Source: an uncultured virus (IMG/VR IMGVR_UViG_3300042560_002469)
Taxonomy: Duplodnaviria; Heunggongvirae; Uroviricota; Caudoviricetes
IMG/VR virus record: IMGVR_UViG_3300042560_002469
Reading direction: 5' to 3' (one strand)
Length of the DNA: 20,000 nt
The notes under the pieces were generated by a model that worked only from the letters and a program-made list of their open reading frames with translations, made no database searches and was not told the origin of the DNA. Position numbers and translations under genes: made by a program. Each line of letters opens with the position of its first letter. Position 1 is the first letter of the stretch. Positions 1 through 7,388 of the stretch are shown here, piece by piece.

Positions 1-1335
1 AATGGCAACAGAAATCAGCCGCGCAAGCGCATCGACTTGACGATCAAGGGTTTTATCAAATTTGCCAAGGACAAGCCAGACGCAAGACTATGGCTCAATA
101 TGGGCAAAAAAGACATGGGATGGGACTTGGTGCCTCTATTCAAGCGCGTGGCACGAGACGAGGGTTACGACGCAACTGGCAAGCTCATTCTTACCAGTCC
201 GCATTTTTCAACCAGCAACTGCCTTCCCATTGAACAATTGAACAAGGTGTACAACGCCGTCGACATTGGCGTGAACACTTGCATTGGCGAAGGGTGGGGC
301 TTGGTCAATACAGAACATGCCGCCACGGGCGTGGCTCAATTGGTTCCAGACCATACAAGCCTTAAGGAAATCTTTCACGGTGTTCCGCGCATTGCTTGTC
401 ATGGTTCTGAAACAGACAGGAATTATGGACTCGAGAGGCCATTGCCAGAGCCTGATAGCATGGCCGAGCTCTTGACCGGCTATTACAACAATCGTATGGC
501 CCTTAAACAGGCCGGCGATTGGTGTTATCAGCGCGTACATGAACAAGAGCTCTCATGGTCTTCCATCCAAAAGCAAATGCTGAACATCGTCAAGGAACTG
601 CTTGTCACGGCAAAGAAAAGCGCTGCTAAGGGCTTTGCAAAAAAGCCTAAGGGCCAGGGGACGACGAGCTTCCCTGGCCAACAAACTCAATGGATTGATT
701 TCAGCGAAGGTAGCAATGTCTTCTGTATCAGCATTGAAGGAGATGAACGACGCAAGAAGTTTGCCGATCAAATGGGCAAAATTGAACAAAGATTTAATTG
801 GTGGGCGGCGATCGATGGTCGGCAACTGTCTCGCAAGGAGCTAGAAGCGCAAAGTTCAATACCAATCGACTGGGAAATTGACGACGACAAAGACACCTTG
901 AAGCGCACTGGCGAGGCAGCACTAATACTTTCTTCCATTGCTCTTTGGAAGCATGCCTTTGACCAAGGCATGGATCATCTTGTGATTCTCGAGGACGATA
1001 CTGAAGTGATGCGACCGCTGGTTCTTGAAGTGCCAGAAGATGCGGATCTTGTGTTTTTTAATGATCGCAGCATGCGAAACAAGGATGGCCTCACCTGGGG
1101 CTATGTATGTGGCACGGATGGTTACTTGATTACCAGGCAAGGCTTATCTAAGCTCCTCAAGGTTTTTTCGCGGGCTTACTTGCCACTGGACCTGCAAATG
1201 ATTGCCAATACAGAAAGCATGCGAGATTGCGAACATCATCTATTCGCCTATCGAAAAGAAGATTTGCCCTTGTTAAAAAGCTACACACTCCCTCCCATCG
1301 CCTTCCATAACAACTCTCCCTCACGCATCCGATGA
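1..1335 (+). CDS. Two-domain glycosyltransferase, 5'-truncated: GT4/GT-B C-terminal half fused to a GT25-like (LPS-type) domain
   Basis: Frame is open from base 1 (NGNRNQPRKRIDLTIKGF...). GT4 motifs RNQPRKRID and YNAVDIGVNTCIGEGWGLVNTEHAATG are present. After a Lys/Gly/Pro linker (~600-710) come GT25 motifs VFCISI..DERR, AIDG, GEAALILS..ALW, LVILEDD, GTDGYLITRQG and PLD. Confidence 0.85.
   Translation, partial: NGNRNQPRKRIDLTIKGFIKFAKDKPDARLWLNMGKKDMGWDLVPLFKRVARDEGYDATGKLILTSPHFSTSNCLPIEQLNKVYNAVDIGVNTCIGEGWGLVNTEHAATGVAQLVPDHTSLKEIFHGVPRIACHGSETDRNYGLERPLPEPDSMAELLTGYYNNRMALKQAGDWCYQRVHEQELSWSSIQKQMLNIVKELLVTAKKSAAKGFAKKPKGQGTTSFPGQQTQWIDFSEGSNVFCISIEGDERRKKFADQMGKIEQRFNWWAAIDGRQLSRKELEAQSSIPIDWEIDDDKDTLKRTGEAALILSSIALWKHAFDQGMDHLVILEDDTEVMRPLVLEVPEDADLVFFNDRSMRNKDGLTWGYVCGTDGYLITRQGLSKLLKVFSRAYLPLDLQMIANTESMRDCEHHLFAYRKEDLPLLKSYTLPPIAFHNNSPSRIR
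639..679 (+). other. Candidate -1 programmed ribosomal frameshift signal (A_AAA_AAG plus 3' hairpin), truncating type
   Basis: In-frame GCA AAA AAG at 637-645, 6-nt spacer, then stem GGCCAGGGGA (652-661) / TTCCCTGGCC (670-679). The -1 frame reads AAA AAA GCC TAA, with the stop at 648-650. Confidence 0.65.
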
Positions 1336-2267
1336 ATCGCCTCAAGAACGTTCAAATTCAAACGCAAGGAGCCTGTAATGCAAATTGCGTTTTTTGTCCT
1401 TGGATAGAAAGTTGGCACCATGCCAATTACGGCGTCATGGACAGAAAGTTGTTTTCACGCATCTTGGACATGCTGTTGCCATGGAAAGAGAGTATTGAAA
1501 ATGGCGGCAAGATTTGTCCCTATTTAATGCAAGAGCCGTTCGTTGACAAGCGCATTTTTGAGCTGTGCGAAGAAATACAGAGCAAGTTTCCAGGGGCCGT
1601 CCTTGAGCTTTCAACAAACGGAGCGTTGCTTTCTAGAGATAAAACCGAGCGCTTGATTCCGTTGCTAGAAGGCAAGCCCCATGAGGTGTGGGTGAGCCAC
1701 CATGGCGTCGACAAGGCTTCTCATGAAGAGATTATGAAGATCAATCACGAACGATCCACTTCTCATTTGATCAATTTAATTAAAGAAGCTAAGGGGCGTC
1801 TAAACATTCGAATTCGGGGGAGTGGATCTTCTCGTACTGGCATTGGGCGTCACTGGTTTTCTCGTCAGGAGTATTTCGAGTATTGGTACAACCTTTCAAA
1901 AGAGCATGGGTTTGATCTCTCGTGGATTGATCTGGACTATTTCACTTATCACGACAGGGCTGGAACAATCAACAGAGAGGAGCGGGGTGCTGGCGAGAAT
2001 AACTTTGGAAAGGTTCGCGACATTGGCTCAGGTTCGCCGTTCCATTGCAGCCGCCTTGATGAATGGCTCCATGTCATGTGGAATGGAGACATTCGATTGT
2101 GTTGCATGGACTATCACGCCGAAGTTAAGCTCCCCAATCTGAACGATATGACGATTGAAGAATACTATCGAGGAAAGGACTTTGAGCGGGTGACGGCGCA
2201 AGTAACGGGGCAAATTGAAAGTCCAGACGATTTCATTTGCAAAAGATGCACAAGTCCAGGCGGCTAA
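1332..2267 (+). CDS. Radical SAM enzyme with C-terminal SPASM/Twitch auxiliary Fe-S domain
   Basis: CNANCVFC (CxxxCxxC), MQEPF, LSTNG, and a C-terminal C-x17-CC...CxxC with a WNGDIRLCC motif. ATGA overlap with the upstream GT gene. Confidence 0.9.
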   Translation: MNRLKNVQIQTQGACNANCVFCPWIESWHHANYGVMDRKLFSRILDMLLPWKESIENGGKICPYLMQEPFVDKRIFELCEEIQSKFPGAVLELSTNGALLSRDKTERLIPLLEGKPHEVWVSHHGVDKASHEEIMKINHERSTSHLINLIKEAKGRLNIRIRGSGSSRTGIGRHWFSRQEYFEYWYNLSKEHGFDLSWIDLDYFTYHDRAGTINREERGAGENNFGKVRDIGSGSPFHCSRLDEWLHVMWNGDIRLCCMDYHAEVKLPNLNDMTIEEYYRGKDFERVTAQVTGQIESPDDFICKRCTSPGG

Positions 2268-2292
2268 GATAAGGGCAGTCTCTTTGAGCAAA

Positions 2293-2544
2293 ATGACCAA
2301 GAAAGAAAAGCAGGCAAAAATTCGCACTGTCATGAGGGAGTTCAAGGCCGGCAAGCTCAAAAGCAGCAGTGGCGAACCAGTCAAGAGCCCTCAGCAGGCT
2401 CTCGCGATTGCACTGTCCGAAGCTGGAATGTCTCGGAAGCCCAAACAGGATATGGGCGACGAGTATTACATGGCCTTCATGAAAGAACTTGGAGGCGCAG
2501 AAGAGGAAGAAGAGGGCATGAAAGATTCAATGGGAAAGGACTGA
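2293..2544 (+). CDS. Small basic-then-acidic phage protein, DUF6496-like (83 aa)
   Basis: ATG at 2293. KIRTVMREFKAGKLKSSSGEPVKSPQQALAIALSEAG matches, from memory, the common 'VMHEFKxGKLHS..KVxSRKQAIAIALSEA' phage/bacterial family. Confidence 0.7.
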   Translation: MTKKEKQAKIRTVMREFKAGKLKSSSGEPVKSPQQALAIALSEAGMSRKPKQDMGDEYYMAFMKELGGAEEEEEGMKDSMGKD

Positions 2545-2571
2545 GGGGCGACGCTGAATCATTCGCCCCTC
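2532..2571 (+). other. Candidate -1 programmed ribosomal frameshift signal (G_GGA_AAG plus 9-bp hairpin), extending type
   Basis: In-frame ATG GGA AAG GAC TGA with the heptamer at 2532-2538. Perfect stem GAGGGGCGA (2543-2551) / TCGCCCCTC (2563-2571). The -1 frame is open to the stop at 2889-2891. Confidence 0.75.
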
Positions 2572-2891
2572 CATCGTCTGTTCGTGCCGCAGCGCGTCGT
2601 GGTCTCGAGCTTCGCAGAAAATACGGCAAGGGTGGTCTGACCACGCAAGAGGCGGGAAAGCAGGGCATTGGCAGCGGTGTGGCCAGGGCCACGAGTTTGG
2701 CCAGCGGAAAAGCTGTGAGCTACGAAACCATCAAGCGTATGGCTGCATTTTTCTCTCGCCATGCGAAGAATTTTGCCGGCGGAGAAGACGATGCGGGATT
2801 CGTATCAATGCTGTTATGGGGTGGAACTGCGGGTAGGGCCTGGGCCAATCGCATCATTAAGATGGTTGAAAGTCGCGATAAGGGTCAATGA
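2538..2891 (+). CDS. Conserved phage head-region domain with no start codon of its own; probably the -1 frameshift extension of 2293-2544 (fusion ~199 aa)
   Basis: Reads GLRGDAESFAPPSSVRAAARRGLELRRKYGKGG...SGVARATSLASGKAVSYETIKRMAAFFSRH...AGFVSMLLWGGTAGRAWA. I recognise this as a recurrent phage domain (PP..VR.AARRGLE...VARA..LA.G..VS.ETIKRM..FFSRH...LLWGG..GR.WA). The conserved part starts well upstream of the GTG at 2679 used by the ORF track. Confidence 0.7.
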   Translation, partial: GLRGDAESFAPPSSVRAAARRGLELRRKYGKGGLTTQEAGKQGIGSGVARATSLASGKAVSYETIKRMAAFFSRHAKNFAGGEDDAGFVSMLLWGGTAGRAWANRIIKMVESRDKGQ

Positions 2892-3199
2892 GCGAATACG
2901 TGCGTGTCATTGAGGAAGAAGAGGAAGACGGCATTGGCGTCATGAAGGCCCTTGCCATTCTTTCTTCCCAAGAGCATCGCGGCACCTCTCAATGGCGCCT
3001 CGTTGAGCGGCAGCACTTCAGGAATGGAAGGCTTGACGAAACTCACATTTTTGTTGAGAGTTTTTATGACAAGCCCGACGAGCATTTTGAGCCCGTAAAA
3101 ATGCTCACCTTTGAAGCAGAGGCTATTGCCAAGGCCTATGTGATGGAAAACATTGAAGCTCAAATTCGCGAAATTCAGGACGAAGACGACGAGGATTGA
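2888..3199 (+). CDS. Hypothetical acidic protein (103 aa)
   Basis: ATGA overlap with the previous ORF, protein-like composition, acidic termini. No family recognised. Confidence 0.7.
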   Translation: MSEYVRVIEEEEEDGIGVMKALAILSSQEHRGTSQWRLVERQHFRNGRLDETHIFVESFYDKPDEHFEPVKMLTFEAEAIAKAYVMENIEAQIREIQDEDDED

Positions 3200-3474
3200 G
3201 CGGCATTAACCACGAAGTTGGGCATTCCTAGTAACCAAAGCACGGACAGACCATAGAGACCGCTCAGGGTTGCAAGCTGAACTGCAGAAGGCTCTGTTTC
3301 GGCGCTTTCCATTCTGCAATAAGTGGCTTGACCTATGTGCAGTTCCTTGGCAACGGTTCTTTGCGACAGTCCGCTATTCAATCGGGCATCCCTCATGCGC
3401 TCTGCCACAAGCAGTCTCCTTTGGTAGTGGGGCATGCGGAGGGCATTGGCCTTGCTTGCCATTAAGTAGCGCAT
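3175..3474 (-). CDS. XRE/Cro-C1-type helix-turn-helix transcriptional regulator (start uncertain; several Met codons)
   Basis: RMRDARLNSGLSQRTVAKELHIGQATYCRMESAETEPSAVQLATLSGLYGLSVLWLLG is a canonical HTH_3 signature. Confidence 0.85.
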   Translation of the reverse strand: MRYLMASKANALRMPHYQRRLLVAERMRDARLNSGLSQRTVAKELHIGQATYCRMESAETEPSAVQLATLSGLYGLSVLWLLGMPNFVVNAAQSSSSSS

Positions 3475-3535
3475 TTTGATTCGCGTATGGATCAGGAGTT
3501 GTGGATATTGTAATAGATCTTGCTAGTTTTACACT
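3475..3535. promoter_or_regulatory. AT-rich divergent intergenic region between the HTH gene and the head operon; -10-like TACAAT on the minus strand (3507-3512)
   Basis: 61-bp gap between divergent genes with ATTGTA at 3507-3512. No convincing -35 element seen. Confidence 0.4.
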
Positions 3536-4729
3536 ATGAGCGAAACTTCTTTTCGTTACGATGTCGCGCCCATTGAAAAGTATGAGCTAACCCCCGAGGG
3601 TTATCTTCGTACTTGGGCCACCATTGCTCGCACAGGTGTACAGATGTACACCGATGCGGACGGTGGGGTTCGGCGTGAATATCGTCCCGAAGAAGAAGTG
3701 GGCTCGCCAGAAAGCCTCGCTTCGTTTGCGGGCAAGGCTGTAACTTTTGAACATCCCCCCGCTCTGCTTGACAGCGCCAATACGAAGGACTATCAAATTG
3801 GTTTTTCAGGCACTGAAGTGGTTTATGACAACGGTTTCGTCCGTGCCGTCATGACCATTACTGACAAGGATGCGATTGAACGCATTATGCGGGGTGATGC
3901 AAAAGAAGTGAGTGCTGGTTACAGGGTGCAATTTGACCCGACGCCCGGCGTTGCGGAAAGCGGTGAACATTACGACGGCATCCAGCGGATGATCGATGGT
4001 AATCACATTGCCGTTGTTCGCAGGGGCAGGGCAGGCCCGCAGGTGAAGCTTCATCTAGATCGCCTAGATGCCGCCGACCCATCTTTACTATCTCCCATTG
4101 AGGAACCATCTATGACTGCTAAGGTCAATTTTGATGGCGCCGAGTTCGAGGTGAGCGAGAGCGTTGCTCTGGCGATCACCAAAGAGCGCGAAGATGCCAA
4201 AATGTCCTACGAGGACATGAAGAAAAAATACGATGCCATGATGGCCGAAGCTTCCAAAATGAAGGAAGAAATGGACGCCATGGGCAAAGAAATGAAGGGC
4301 AAGTGTGATTCCGCCGAGGGTCGCGCTGATGCTCTGGAGCAAGAGCTTGAGGCCGCCAAGGCCGAGCTGGAAGCTGCAAAGCAAGTGAACATTGATTCGC
4401 TTGTTGAAGAGCGTGTTGCTCTGATCGACAAAGCTCGCACCACCCTGGATAGCGAGTTTGATTTCGCAGGCAAGGATGCCCGTGAAATCATGGAAGCCGC
4501 TGTCAAGGCGGTTCGTGGCGATGCCATTGATCTGTCGGAGAAGTCCGACGATTACGTGCAGGCCATGTTCGACACCCTGGCCGAGTCGGCTCGTAGCGAT
4601 TCTGCCGCCACCGATGAGCTTCGCAAAGCCGTTGCTTCCATCGCCTCTCCCGCCTCTGCACCCTCCTCTTACATGGAGCGACTGCAGAACGCTTGGAAGA
4701 CCCCTCTTTCCATCTCCAAGGAGCGCTGA
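3536..4729 (+). CDS. DUF2213-family head maturation protein (putative prohead protease N-terminus plus coiled-coil scaffold C-terminus)
   Basis: Motifs TPEGYL..ATIARTGVQ.Y, EYRPEEEV..PESLASF.GKAVT.EHP, KEVSAGY and NHIAVV.RGRAG. The C-terminal half is an E/K/A/M-rich coiled coil. It lies upstream of the cement and capsid genes. Confidence 0.88.
   Translation: MSETSFRYDVAPIEKYELTPEGYLRTWATIARTGVQMYTDADGGVRREYRPEEEVGSPESLASFAGKAVTFEHPPALLDSANTKDYQIGFSGTEVVYDNGFVRAVMTITDKDAIERIMRGDAKEVSAGYRVQFDPTPGVAESGEHYDGIQRMIDGNHIAVVRRGRAGPQVKLHLDRLDAADPSLLSPIEEPSMTAKVNFDGAEFEVSESVALAITKEREDAKMSYEDMKKKYDAMMAEASKMKEEMDAMGKEMKGKCDSAEGRADALEQELEAAKAELEAAKQVNIDSLVEERVALIDKARTTLDSEFDFAGKDAREIMEAAVKAVRGDAIDLSEKSDDYVQAMFDTLAESARSDSAATDELRKAVASIASPASAPSSYMERLQNAWKTPLSISKER
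4112..4729 (+). CDS. Putative nested in-frame scaffolding protein (205 aa, MTAKVNFDG...)
   Basis: In-frame ATG at 4112 at the domain boundary, preceded 7 nt upstream by CCATTGAGGA (4095-4104). The same 10-mer and spacing occur before the major tail gene. Confidence 0.6.
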   Translation: MTAKVNFDGAEFEVSESVALAITKEREDAKMSYEDMKKKYDAMMAEASKMKEEMDAMGKEMKGKCDSAEGRADALEQELEAAKAELEAAKQVNIDSLVEERVALIDKARTTLDSEFDFAGKDAREIMEAAVKAVRGDAIDLSEKSDDYVQAMFDTLAESARSDSAATDELRKAVASIASPASAPSSYMERLQNAWKTPLSISKER

Positions 4730-4732
4730 TCC

Positions 4733-5296
4733 ATGGCCGTTACTTTCACCCCTTCGGGCACGGCTACTGCAGGTGGTGTTCAGCAGAGCTATTCGCTTGA
4801 GCTGACCGCCCTCCTCGAAGGCCAACTGTCCGACATTCGCGACAACACCATCAGCACTTTCATCAACGAAACTGGTGCTGTGATTCCTTTCGGTAACATC
4901 GTCACTTGGGCAAGTGGCGGCACTGTTGCTAACTCCGCTAAGACCATTAGCGGCACGAGCGAGACCGTGGTGGGCGTCAATGCTCTCACCTATGTCGACG
5001 AAACCGCTGAAGACGCTAATAGCCGTCCTGGCGTAAAGGCCGCCCAGGCAATGAACGTTGTCAACGAGGGCGCTGTTGCCATGTACGTGCATGGTTCTGT
5101 CACCCCTGCCACTGCAGTGCGCGTGATCCACACCGCTACCGGCGTGCAGTATGCAGGTCAACTGCGTAGCGCATCGCTTTCGGGCAAGACTGCTGTTCTT
5201 TCGAACGCTCGTTACCTCACTTCTGTCACCGGCTCTGGCCTGGCGGTTGTTGAGTTCAACGGTCCTGCCTTCACCCTCACCGCTGACAATTCCTGA
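4733..5296 (+). CDS. Capsid cement/decoration protein
   Basis: 187 aa, rich in Thr/Ala/Gly/Val with a beta-type composition. Its position between DUF2213 and DUF2184 capsid genes is the usual slot for the cement protein. AAGGAG RBS upstream. Confidence 0.7.
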   Translation: MAVTFTPSGTATAGGVQQSYSLELTALLEGQLSDIRDNTISTFINETGAVIPFGNIVTWASGGTVANSAKTISGTSETVVGVNALTYVDETAEDANSRPGVKAAQAMNVVNEGAVAMYVHGSVTPATAVRVIHTATGVQYAGQLRSASLSGKTAVLSNARYLTSVTGSGLAVVEFNGPAFTLTADNS

Positions 5297-5310
5297 TAGG
5301 AGGCCCTCCA

Positions 5311-6216
5311 ATGTCTGATTTTCGCATGGACGAAGCGGGTCTGTTTCTCGAGCGTCAGCTTGAGTACATCCGCCCCCAGGTGTTTGAAGTTCAGTACGCT
5401 GACATCAAATACCCCACTATCCTGCCTGTGACCAGCGAGGCTGGTCCTGGCGCCCAGACCTTCACCTACCGCATCATGGATGCCACTGGTGAATTCAAGG
5501 TGATTGCCGACGCTGCTGACGATCTGCCCCGTGCGGACATCAGCCAAACCGAGAAGAGCATCAACATCCGCTCGATCGGTGGCTCGTTTGGTTACACCGT
5601 TCAAGAGCTTCGTGCTGCACAGATGGCGAACATCGCCCTTGAGCAGCGCCGCGCTTCTGCCGTTCGCCGCGCTTACGAGGAGAAGGTGGAAGACATCGCC
5701 ATGTTTGGCGAAGCTTCTGTTGGCCTGAGTGGTTTCTTCAACAATTCCACGGTCGACCTTGTGGTTGCCGATAAGTGGTTCACTGATAGTGGCACCACTG
5801 CCCAGGAAATGCTTGAGCTGCTGAACTATGGCGTGAGCGCCATTGTCAATGGCTCCAAGATGAAGGAGGAGCCTGACACCATCCTCATGCCCTATGAGGA
5901 CTACAACAAAGTCAGCACCACCCGTAATAGCGACTCTTCGGACGTGACTGTGCTGGAGTACTTCCTGCGCACCAATCCCTACATCCGCAACGTTGAACCC
6001 ATCAACCAGCTTGATGCCGACAACAGCGTGCTGGATAAGAACCGCATGGTGGTATACAAGCGCGACCCCCAGAAAGTGCAACTGCACATTCCTCAGCCGC
6101 TTGAGCTGTTCCCGCCTCAGCAGCGTGGCCTGGAATTCATTGTTCCCGCCCATGCTCGTGTTGGTGGCGTGGCTCTCTACTACCCCAAGAGCGTCATCTA
6201 CGTTCAAGACAACTGA
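5311..6216 (+). CDS. Major capsid protein (DUF2184 family, HK97 fold)
   Basis: Motifs FLERQLEYI.PQVFEV.Y, DDLPRAD, GYTVQELRAAQ, GLSGFFN, RMVVYKRDP and VGGVALYYP. AGGAGG RBS and strongly biased codons. Confidence 0.9.
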   Translation: MSDFRMDEAGLFLERQLEYIRPQVFEVQYADIKYPTILPVTSEAGPGAQTFTYRIMDATGEFKVIADAADDLPRADISQTEKSINIRSIGGSFGYTVQELRAAQMANIALEQRRASAVRRAYEEKVEDIAMFGEASVGLSGFFNNSTVDLVVADKWFTDSGTTAQEMLELLNYGVSAIVNGSKMKEEPDTILMPYEDYNKVSTTRNSDSSDVTVLEYFLRTNPYIRNVEPINQLDADNSVLDKNRMVVYKRDPQKVQLHIPQPLELFPPQQRGLEFIVPAHARVGGVALYYPKSVIYVQDN

Positions 6217-6264
6217 ACGTGATCGGGGCGTTAAGCTTGTTGGCAGTTCTTATAGAACATTCAA

Positions 6265-6651
6265 ATGTTGATCGCTTATCGCCCTGAGCTCGAAAATCCG
6301 CCTCGTGAAGGGGGACTTGGCGTTATTACTGACGCCGGCATGATTCAGCTCAGTCCGGGGGTGAATTCAGACGTGCCAGAGACCAAGTGGGCTCAAGCAC
6401 GAAGCAATGGAACCGTCAAGCGCCTTATGGCAATTGGCGCCATTGAAGAGCTGAAAGAAACCCCCACTGTTCAGGACATTCCCCAAAAGGTGTCCACACT
6501 TGCCGGCCTTCCACTTTCTGATGCCGTCCGCATGATTGAAATTATGCACGACGAGGATCAGCTCCAGGAATGGAAAAAAGTGGAAGGTCGCGTAAGGGTG
6601 CGCAATGCCATCAGCAAGCGTCTTGAAGCCATCCGCATTGGAAAAGCCTGA
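6265..6651 (+). CDS. Hypothetical virion/head-associated protein (128 aa)
   Basis: Clean ORF directly after the capsid gene with a C-terminal helical 'E..GRVRVRNAI.KR' motif. Function not recognised. Confidence 0.7.
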   Translation: MLIAYRPELENPPREGGLGVITDAGMIQLSPGVNSDVPETKWAQARSNGTVKRLMAIGAIEELKETPTVQDIPQKVSTLAGLPLSDAVRMIEIMHDEDQLQEWKKVEGRVRVRNAISKRLEAIRIGKA

Positions 6652-6653
6652 TC

Positions 6654-6965
6654 ATGGCCGTTACCTACGCCAGCTTTCTCGAGCGCTTTCCTGAGTTCAC
6701 TCCCCATCCATCGGGAATTGTGAATGGGGCCATCACCGAGGCAACCGCTGATGTGGGCGACGTGTTTGGCGATCAAGCCGACCGTGCAACAAAGCATTTA
6801 GCCGCTCATATCATCGCCATTCAACTTGCTCAAATGGGCATCCAAATTGGAGCCACAGACGGCAAGGTGTATGGCAAAGGACTTGAGGCCACGCAATATG
6901 GCCAAGAGTTCAAGCGAATGCTTGAAACCGTCGTTGGTGCTTCTTCCATTGGCTTTGTCGTATGA
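6654..6965 (+). CDS. Head-tail adaptor (DUF4054-like)
   Basis: Motifs FLERFPEF, HLAAHIIA and L.ATQYGQEF.R typical of DUF4054; synteny supports it. Confidence 0.75.
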   Translation: MAVTYASFLERFPEFTPHPSGIVNGAITEATADVGDVFGDQADRATKHLAAHIIAIQLAQMGIQIGATDGKVYGKGLEATQYGQEFKRMLETVVGASSIGFVV

Positions 6966-7351
6966 CAAACGTGCTCGCTCCACTTGCTAATGCCACTCTG
7001 GTTTGGCAGGTGGCGTCTGGGTATGTGGTCGAAAGCGGCACTGGCAACTATGTGGCTACTGCCACTGGCGTTACCTACTATGCCTCGTTGAAGCAGAAGC
7101 AAAATCCTCGTTTCGATTATTTGCTTGGTGCGGACAATACAGCGGTGTACATGGAAGGGCGACTGACTGGTCCATTGACCTTGTCGGGAATCACTCCTGG
7201 AAGCTCTGCTGCTGCAACAATCAATGGAAGGGAGGGACGGTTTGAGCTATTGCCAAACGAGCAAATTGCTGACCATTATTGGCAATTCCTCGGCACGCCA
7301 ATCAGGGGTATTTTTAGACTGGTTGGCAAAGGAAGCGTTCAGAACGTCTGA
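6962..7351 (+). CDS. Putative head closure/stopper protein
   Basis: 129-aa beta-rich ORF with an ATGA overlap with the adaptor gene. Assigned mainly by synteny. Confidence 0.55.
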   Translation: MTNVLAPLANATLVWQVASGYVVESGTGNYVATATGVTYYASLKQKQNPRFDYLLGADNTAVYMEGRLTGPLTLSGITPGSSAAATINGREGRFELLPNEQIADHYWQFLGTPIRGIFRLVGKGSVQNV

Positions 7352-7388
7352 CGCTTAACCATTTTCTCTTTCCATTGAGGATCTTCTC

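Noticed and set aside
2293..2544. Small ORF as a RiPP precursor for the adjacent radical SAM enzyme
   Set aside because: It resembles a widespread phage family rather than a leader-core peptide, and the rSAM gene is coupled to the GT gene.
2654..2660. Second in-phase G_GGA_AAG inside the frameshift extension
   Set aside because: It lies mid-domain with no suitably spaced stem, and its -1 frame hits TAG before reaching gene 2888. It shows that heptamers alone occur by chance.
2679..2891. 70-aa ORF starting at GTG 2679, as given in the track
   Set aside because: The start falls in the middle of the conserved domain and lacks a clear RBS; better explained as a frameshift extension.
4727..4735. 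In-frame TGA TCC ATG between the scaffold and cement genes (possible readthrough fusion)
   Set aside because: The cement gene has its own AAGGAG RBS, and no readthrough context or structure is evident.
4088..6207. Long minus-strand ORFs (407 aa and 331 aa) opposite the head genes
   Set aside because: These are antisense shadows of strongly codon-biased structural genes, with no recognisable protein features.
6649..6664. TGATC(C)ATGGCCGTTAC repeated at the 4727 and 6649 gene junctions
   Set aside because: Short, only two copies, and explained by similar MAVT N-termini and tight gene packing.
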